Source: Dehalococcoidia bacterium (GTDB taxonomy: Bacteria; Chloroflexota; Dehalococcoidia; SM23-28-2; RBG-16-64-32). From it: a stretch of 64,000 nt of DNA. The position numbers were made by a program, and so were the translations under genes. The notes below the pieces were generated by a model, which was not told the origin of the DNA, ran no database searches, and saw only the letters and a program-made list of their open reading frames with translations. The stretch covers positions 6,004 to 70,003 of the forward strand of contig JAUSFE010000104.1 of the NCBI GenBank assembly GCA_030649945.1, written 5' to 3'. Shown piece by piece: positions 58,106 to 64,000 of the stretch. Position 1 is the first letter of the stretch. Every line of letters starts with the position of its first letter.

Positions 58106-60907
58106 ATGGTGACCAGGGCCCAGACAAACGGCAACGGAGCGTGGGCCGAGCGGTACCGCGACAAGTGGAAGTGGGACAAGGTCACCTGGGGCAGCCACTC
58201 CGTAGACTGCTACCCCGGCGGCTGCCCGTACCGCGTCTATGTGCGCGACGGCAAGATCATGCGTGAAGAGCAGTCCGGCTCCTTCGACGTCGTCCAGGCA
58301 GGCGTGCCGGACATGAACCCCATGGGCTGCCAGAAGGGCGCCTGCTGGGGCTACCAGCACTACGGGCCGGATCGCGTTACCCAGCCCCTCAAGCGCGTGG
58401 GCGAGCGGGGAGAAGGCAAGTTCGAACCCGTCTCCTGGGACGTGGCCCTCAAGGACATCGCGGACGCCATGCTGGACGCCGCAGTGGACCAGGGGCCGGA
58501 GTCCATCATCACCCTCATGACGCCGGAGCCCGGCGCCGCCCCCTCCCGCGCCTTCATGGGCGTGCTCGGCTCTCCACTCACCGACGGCAACGCGGAGTTT
58601 CAGGACTGGAGCCCCGGCTACTACCTCACCTGGGGCAAGTTCAACCCCGTCTCTTCCATGGATGACTGGTTCCTGGCCGAACTAACATTGATCTGGCACT
58701 GCAACCCCGTCTACACCAACATCCACTGGTTCCACTACGTGAACGAGTCGCGCTACAACGGCGGCGAGGTCATCACCATCGCCCCGGACTACAGCCCCTC
58801 CAGCATCCACTCGGATCACCACGTGCCGGTGCGCATCGGCACCGACGCGGCGCTGGCGCTTTCGATGTGCAAGGTGGTCATCGACGAGGGCCTCTACAAG
58901 AAGAAGTTCATCCAGGAGCAGACCGACCTGCCGATGCTTGTGCGCAAGGACACCGGACACTTCCTGCGCGGCAACGAGGTGAACGCCGGCGACCGCGAAG
59001 ACCAGTTCTTCTGGCTGGACAGCAAGTCGCGGCAGGTGGTCCCCGCGCCCAGGGGCACCCTGGCCATGGGCGATGTGGACCCGGCCCTGGAGGGCACCTA
59101 CAAGGCCAGGCTGGTGGACGGCTCCGAGGTGGAGGTGCAGCCGGTCTTCGAACGCCTGCGGGAGTCTCTCAAGGACTACGACCCCGAGGAGGCAGCGAAG
59201 GTCTGCGAGGTGAGCGCGGACATGATCCGCATGATCGCGCGCAAGGCGGCGGTCAAGCGGACGAAGATCTTCAGCGGCTGGAACTCCGGCAAGTACTACC
59301 ACGGCGACCTCATGGAGCGCTCCATGGCCCTGCTCCTGGCGCTCACCGGCAACTGGGGCAAGCAGGGCACAGGCACACGCTCCTGGGCCATCAGCGGCCT
59401 GGATGGGCTGGCCTTCCTCACCTCCAAGGGCAAGCCGGGGCAGGACGCCGCGCGCGAGTTCCAGCGTCAGACGCTCGCCATGCGCCGCCTGCTCAGCCAG
59501 GAAGACCCCACCATGACCATGGAGATGGTCCTGAACCGCGCTCAGGAGATGGGCGCCGGGCGCATGGCCGGCTTCGGCGGCATGATCCCGCCGGCCTTCC
59601 TCTGGTACCACCAGTTTGGCTACAAGGAACGCTGGAACCGCGAGGACTGGTCCGATCCGACCATGAAGCGCAGCTTCGACGAGTACTACCAGGAGGCCAT
59701 GGACAAGGGCTGGTGGGACAACCACATGGCCAAGGTCTGGAAGGACGTGGAGCCGCGCGTGCTGGTGGAGGCCGGCGGCAACGTCCTGCGCCGCCACCGC
59801 GGCGGCCAGGTGATGCTGCTGAAGCACCTCTGGCCCAAGCTCAAGATGATCGTCTCCATTGACTTCCGCATCAACACCACGGGCCTGCACTCGGACTACA
59901 TCCTGCCCGCCGCTCAGCACTACGAGAAGCTGGGCAACAGCATGCCCTCCGTCCACCATCTGAACTTCGTCCTCATCGATAAGGCCGTGGACCCGCCCGG
60001 CGAGGCCAAGTCCGACCGCCAGATCGGCCACATGCTCGTCAAGGCGCTGGAGCAACGGGCGCAGGAGCGCGGCATCAAGGAGATCAAGAACCACGCCGGG
60101 CAGACCATCCCCTTGCAGGGCGCCTACGACCGCATGACGCTGAACGGTTTCCTAAAGGACGACGAAACGGAGTTCGACGAGGCCATCAAGGACACGGCCG
60201 CCTACGGCATCATTCCCGAGGGCAACAGCCTGGAGACCCTCCGCGAGAAGGGGCACGTGCGCTGGACCGCCTGGGGCATCGCCGGCTTCGGCCTGGCCCA
60301 GGCCTCCACCATCGAGCCCGACAAGACGCACAACCCCTTCCGCTGGCACACGGAGGACAAGGTGCCCTACCCCACGCTGACGCGCCGCGCCCAGTTCTAC
60401 ATCGACCACGACTGGTTCATCGAGGGGGGCGAGGCGCTGCCGGTGCACAAGGAGAACCCGCACCACGGCGGCAACAGGGCCTTCCGGCTGACCAGCGGCC
60501 ACCCGCGCTGGAGCATCCACTCCATGAACATGACCAACAACATCATCCTCAACACCCACCGCGGCGAACCGTTCATCTTCATCAACCCGGACGAGGCCGC
60601 CCGGCGGGGGATCGAGAACGGCGAGGAGGTGCGCCTGACCAGCGACGCGGGCTCCATGCTCATTACGACAAAGCTGTCCGCCTCTGTGCGGCCGGGCCAG
60701 ATCATCCTCTACAACGGCTTCGAGCCCTACCAGCACCGCGAGTGGTACGCCCAGGGAGACGTGGAACCCGGCATGGTGAAGTGGCTGCACCTGGCCGCGG
60801 GCTACGGCCACCTGAAGTACCGGCCGTGGCACTGGCAACCGGTGCCCGTGGACAGGGGCGTGGGTGTGGACATCGAGAAGCTGCCGGCGACGGCGAAGGC
60901 CGGCTAA
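58106..60907 (+). CDS. EbdA/S25DH-like alpha subunit 3 (no Tat signal)
   Basis: HSVDCYPGGC...GCQKG, KYYHGDLMERS, HPRWSIHS; GGAGG RBS. Confidence 0.93.
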   Translation: MVTRAQTNGNGAWAERYRDKWKWDKVTWGSHSVDCYPGGCPYRVYVRDGKIMREEQSGSFDVVQAGVPDMNPMGCQKGACWGYQHYGPDRVTQPLKRVGERGEGKFEPVSWDVALKDIADAMLDAAVDQGPESIITLMTPEPGAAPSRAFMGVLGSPLTDGNAEFQDWSPGYYLTWGKFNPVSSMDDWFLAELTLIWHCNPVYTNIHWFHYVNESRYNGGEVITIAPDYSPSSIHSDHHVPVRIGTDAALALSMCKVVIDEGLYKKKFIQEQTDLPMLVRKDTGHFLRGNEVNAGDREDQFFWLDSKSRQVVPAPRGTLAMGDVDPALEGTYKARLVDGSEVEVQPVFERLRESLKDYDPEEAAKVCEVSADMIRMIARKAAVKRTKIFSGWNSGKYYHGDLMERSMALLLALTGNWGKQGTGTRSWAISGLDGLAFLTSKGKPGQDAAREFQRQTLAMRRLLSQEDPTMTMEMVLNRAQEMGAGRMAGFGGMIPPAFLWYHQFGYKERWNREDWSDPTMKRSFDEYYQEAMDKGWWDNHMAKVWKDVEPRVLVEAGGNVLRRHRGGQVMLLKHLWPKLKMIVSIDFRINTTGLHSDYILPAAQHYEKLGNSMPSVHHLNFVLIDKAVDPPGEAKSDRQIGHMLVKALEQRAQERGIKEIKNHAGQTIPLQGAYDRMTLNGFLKDDETEFDEAIKDTAAYGIIPEGNSLETLREKGHVRWTAWGIAGFGLAQASTIEPDKTHNPFRWHTEDKVPYPTLTRRAQFYIDHDWFIEGGEALPVHKENPHHGGNRAFRLTSGHPRWSIHSMNMTNNIILNTHRGEPFIFINPDEAARRGIENGEEVRLTSDAGSMLITTKLSASVRPGQIILYNGFEPYQHREWYAQGDVEPGMVKWLHLAAGYGHLKYRPWHWQPVPVDRGVGVDIEKLPATAKAG

Positions 60908-60919
60908 AGGAGACAAGCC

Positions 60920-61963
60920 ATGGCAACCAACGGCAAGAAAGCAACCGCCGGACACCAGGTGGCCTGGGTCTTTGACCTGAACAAGTGCATCGGCTGCCAG
61001 ACGTGCTCCGTCGCCTGCAAGGTCCTCTGGAACGAGGGTGATGAGGGCTCCGAGCACATGTGGTGGATGACCGTCAACACCCAGCCGGGCAAGGGCACCC
61101 CGAAGGACTGGGAGAGCATGGGCGGCGGCTACAGCAACGGCGAGCTGCAACTGGGAAAGCTACCCACCGCGGAGGAGTTTGGCGGCGGCTGGGACTACAA
61201 CTATGACGAGGTGCTGCACGGCGGCAAGGGTCGCAGCGTCCACCTGCAGAAGATCGCCGGCAGCAAGACCTGGGGCCCCAACTGGGACGAGGACGAAGGC
61301 GGCGGCGAATGGCCCAACGCCTACTTCTTCTACCTGCCCCGCCTCTGCAACCACTGCACGGACGCCTCCTGTCTGGAGGCCTGCCCCGTCGGCGCCCTCG
61401 TCAAGCGCGAGGAGGACGGCCTGGTCCTGCGCAATGAGGACGTCTGCGAGGGCAACCAGTTGTGCGCGGCGGCGTGCCCTTACAAGAAGATATACTTCAA
61501 CGCCCCGCGCGGCGTCAGCCAGCAGTGCATCGGCTGCTTCCCCCGCATCGAGAAGGGCGTCGCGCCCGCCTGCGTCCGCCAGTGCCCGGGCCGCGCCGCC
61601 TTCGTCGGCTTCATCGACGACGAGACCAGCCTGGTCCACCGCCTCGTGAACCAGTGGAAGGTGGCGGTGCCGCTGCACCCGGAGTACGGCACCAAGCCCA
61701 ACGTCTTCTACGTGCCGCCGCTGGCGCCCGCACCCCTGAACCCGGACGGCAGCGCCAACGAAAACGCGGACCGCATCCCGCCGCAGTACCTGGAATCGCT
61801 CTTCGGCAAGGACGTGCACGGGGCGCTGGCCAACCTCAAGGCGGAGCTGGCGAAGAAGCGCCGCGGCGAGGCTTCCGAGGTCATGGACGCGCTCATCCTG
61901 TACGAGTGGAAGGACGCCCTGGGGCCCTTCTCCAAAGACCCGGCGGAGCTCGTCTGGAAGTAG
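60920..61963 (+). CDS. EbdB/NarH-like Fe-S beta subunit 3
   Basis: DLNKCIGCQTC, CNHCTDASC, CIGC..ACVRQC. Confidence 0.95.
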   Translation: MATNGKKATAGHQVAWVFDLNKCIGCQTCSVACKVLWNEGDEGSEHMWWMTVNTQPGKGTPKDWESMGGGYSNGELQLGKLPTAEEFGGGWDYNYDEVLHGGKGRSVHLQKIAGSKTWGPNWDEDEGGGEWPNAYFFYLPRLCNHCTDASCLEACPVGALVKREEDGLVLRNEDVCEGNQLCAAACPYKKIYFNAPRGVSQQCIGCFPRIEKGVAPACVRQCPGRAAFVGFIDDETSLVHRLVNQWKVAVPLHPEYGTKPNVFYVPPLAPAPLNPDGSANENADRIPPQYLESLFGKDVHGALANLKAELAKKRRGEASEVMDALILYEWKDALGPFSKDPAELVWK

Positions 61964-62113
61964 GATGCGGCGCGGCTGAGGGGCCACCTGCGAGTGTGCC
62001 GGTCGCCGGACGAATGCACGCGATCATCCCCGGCGCAGTGACGCCGGACGCCTGCGCGGTCCACTGTGCGCGCCGCGGGCCGGCACCCCCGTGGCGCGGC
62101 TGGTGAGCCGGCG

Positions 62114-63220
62114 GTGAACAGCTCGCCGCCGGCAACCACGGCCTTCCCGCTTTTCCAGCGCTTCCCGCAGCTGGAGGCGGCAGTCCCACGCGTGCCGCTC
62201 TCCCCCGGCGCCAGCCCGGTCGCTCCCCTGGCGGCGCTGCGCAGGCGCCTGGGCGGGGACGAGATCTGGATCAAGAACGATGGCCTCTACGGCACGCTCT
62301 ACGGCGGCAACAAGCCGCGTAAGCTGGAGTTCCTCCTGGCGGATGCGCAACGCCGGGGCGCCCGCACTGTCCTCACCACGGGGGCGCTGGGTACCAACCA
62401 CGGACTGGCCACTGCTCTCTACGCGCCGCAGTTCGGGCTAAAGGCTGTCCTCCTCCTCACCTACGAGCAGCCCAGCGCGGACGTCGCGCGGCAGCTCTGC
62501 CGCCTGCAACGCGCCGGCGCCGTTCTCCACTACACCGGATCGCTCCCGCGCACCGTCCTGCTGGCTCCGTACTACATCCTGCGATACGCCTCTCGCGGCC
62601 CCTGGCGCTGGCCGTACATCCTGCCGCCCGGCGGCTCCACCCCTCTCGGCGCGCTGGGTTATGTCAACGCCGCGCTTGAGCTCGCCGCCCAGATCGACGC
62701 CGGCGAGTTGCCGGAGCCGGACACGATCCTGGCGCCGCTGGGCTCGGCGGGCACCGCCGCCGGTCTCCTCCTGGGTCTGCGGATAGCCGGCCTCCGCAGC
62801 CGCCTGCTGCCCGTAGCCATTACCCGCGCCCCCACGGCGTGGGCGGTCGCGGTCGCCCGTCGGGCGAACGCCGCCGCCCGTCTCTTGACCCGCCGCGGCG
62901 CGCGGCTGGACATCGAACCCTTCAGGGGAAGGGACGTACAGGTAAGCCGCGACTGGCTGTCCCCCGGCTTCGGGCGGGCCAGCTTCGCCGGCGAGGAGGC
63001 GCGCGTGATGCTGCGGGAGTGTGAGGGGCTGGAGCTGGACTCCACCTACACCGCCAAGACGATGGCCGCCCTCATCCACCTGCGCCGTAGCGGCGCGCTG
63101 CCCGGCCGCGTGCTCTACTGGCACACCTACAACGCCATCGCCCCCGCCCCACCGGAGCCGGCGCGCGAAGACCGCGAGCGCCTGCCGGCGGAGTTTCAGC
63201 GCTTCCTCCAGGCGCTCTGA
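62114..63220 (+). CDS. PLP-dependent ACC deaminase / D-cysteine desulfhydrase family protein
   Basis: GGNKPRKLEF, TNHG, PPGGS, GSAGT, LDSTYTAK. Confidence 0.88.
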   Translation: MNSSPPATTAFPLFQRFPQLEAAVPRVPLSPGASPVAPLAALRRRLGGDEIWIKNDGLYGTLYGGNKPRKLEFLLADAQRRGARTVLTTGALGTNHGLATALYAPQFGLKAVLLLTYEQPSADVARQLCRLQRAGAVLHYTGSLPRTVLLAPYYILRYASRGPWRWPYILPPGGSTPLGALGYVNAALELAAQIDAGELPEPDTILAPLGSAGTAAGLLLGLRIAGLRSRLLPVAITRAPTAWAVAVARRANAAARLLTRRGARLDIEPFRGRDVQVSRDWLSPGFGRASFAGEEARVMLRECEGLELDSTYTAKTMAALIHLRRSGALPGRVLYWHTYNAIAPAPPEPAREDRERLPAEFQRFLQAL

Positions 63221-63234
63221 CCGCCCTCCCGCAA

Positions 63235-63277
63235 ATGGGGGAAAACCTTACGGACGATAGGCGAATGCCGGATAGAA
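63235..63277. promoter_or_regulatory. Candidate operator upstream of acyl-CoA dehydrogenase
   Basis: ATGGGGGAAAACCTTAC and CCGGATAGAA. Confidence 0.5.
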
Positions 63278-63341
63278 ATGGTACTCTGGCCATCGCAGAC
63301 TCTAGCCCGGACGGCCTTTACACCAGCAGGGGAGCGCTAAG

Positions 63342-64000
63342 ATGACAACCTACCTGGAGCTGAACAAGCAACTCACGTTCGACGAAGCCAACATCAAGGA
63401 GCAGATCCACCGCTTCGGCGTGGAGGTGCTGCGCCCCGCCGCCGCGGAGCTGGACCAGATGCCGCCGGAGGACGTCATCGCGGACGGGTCGGTCCTCTGG
63501 CAGGTGTTCCGCAAAGCGTACGGGCTGGGTTTCCACACCTCCGGCCTGCCGGAGGCCCTGGGCGGCGCCGGCATATCGCCGCTGGCGCGCCACATCCACG
63601 GCGAAGAGATGGGCTGGGCCAGCGCGGACTTCGCCATCGGCCTGGGCGTCACCCCTTTCCCCTTCTCCTTCGCGGCCATGAGCGGCAACGCGGACATCAT
63701 GCGCGACGTGGTGATCCCGTTCACGCAGGACAAAGAGGCGAAGTTCGTCGGCTGCTGGGCCATCACCGAGCCGGAGCACGGCTCCGATAGCCTGCTGATC
63801 GGCTCGGAGCAGTTCCGCCAGCCGGATACCGCCTTCGACCTCTCCGCGCGGGAGGACGGCGACGAGTGGGTGATCAGCGGCCAGAAGTCCGCCTGGGTCT
63901 CCAACGGCACCATCGCCACGCACGCCCTCACCTTCCTGGGCATAGACCGCAGCCGCGGCAGCTCCGGCGGCGGCGTGGCCCTCATCCCGCTCCACCTGCC
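63342..64000 (+). CDS. Acyl-CoA dehydrogenase (truncated by window end)
   Basis: PEALGGAG, EEMG, WAITEPEHGSD, ISGQKSAWVSNG; missing from the ORF track because there is no stop. Confidence 0.92.
   Translation, partial: MTTYLELNKQLTFDEANIKEQIHRFGVEVLRPAAAELDQMPPEDVIADGSVLWQVFRKAYGLGFHTSGLPEALGGAGISPLARHIHGEEMGWASADFAIGLGVTPFPFSFAAMSGNADIMRDVVIPFTQDKEAKFVGCWAITEPEHGSDSLLIGSEQFRQPDTAFDLSAREDGDEWVISGQKSAWVSNGTIATHALTFLGIDRSRGSSGGGVALIPLHL

Noticed and set aside
38386..60907. Alpha/beta subunits as respiratory nitrate reductase NarGH
   Set aside because: The subunits are shorter than NarG/NarH, there is no NarI, and the gamma subunits are soluble EbdC-type
63318..63995. Minus-strand ORFs at the window end
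   Set aside because: They are antisense to the clear plus-strand acyl-CoA dehydrogenase starting at 63342

Overview
High-GC bacterial chromosome segment; gene content and promoter style suggest Chloroflexota/Dehalococcoidia, which is an inference. Four blocks are visible. (1) 0.3-23 kb holds housekeeping genes: Fur + NiCoT-type metal uptake, a PyrR-attenuated pyrR-pyrB-pyrC-carA-carB-pyrK(-pyrD) cluster, tRNA-Pro(TGG) and tatA. VapBC, GNAT, TIR and HEPN-MNT genes sit between carA and carB, and REP-like palindromes lie in frame inside several pyr genes. (2) 23.9-31.1 kb is a lower-GC, Sec-exported Rhs polymorphic-toxin island. It has a terminator/antiterminator leader, two orphan tip modules and three small membrane immunity-like genes. 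All three tips are short hydrophobic peptides bracketed by exactly two Cys. (3) 31-37 kb encodes two PD40 beta-propeller lipoproteins, an ABC exporter and a cupredoxin. (4) 37-64 kb is a catabolic cluster. It has three EbdA/S25DH-like molybdoenzyme alpha subunits (only one with a Tat signal), three beta, two gamma and two delta subunits, a ferritin-like diiron protein, a pair of COG1233 flavoproteins, two SCP2 proteins, an ArsR-HTH-fused histidine kinase with a NarL partner, MobB and an acyl-CoA dehydrogenase. A 17-bp palindrome (GTCGGG-N5-CCCGAC) recurs in seven upstream regions. No CRISPR array, integrase or transposase was seen.
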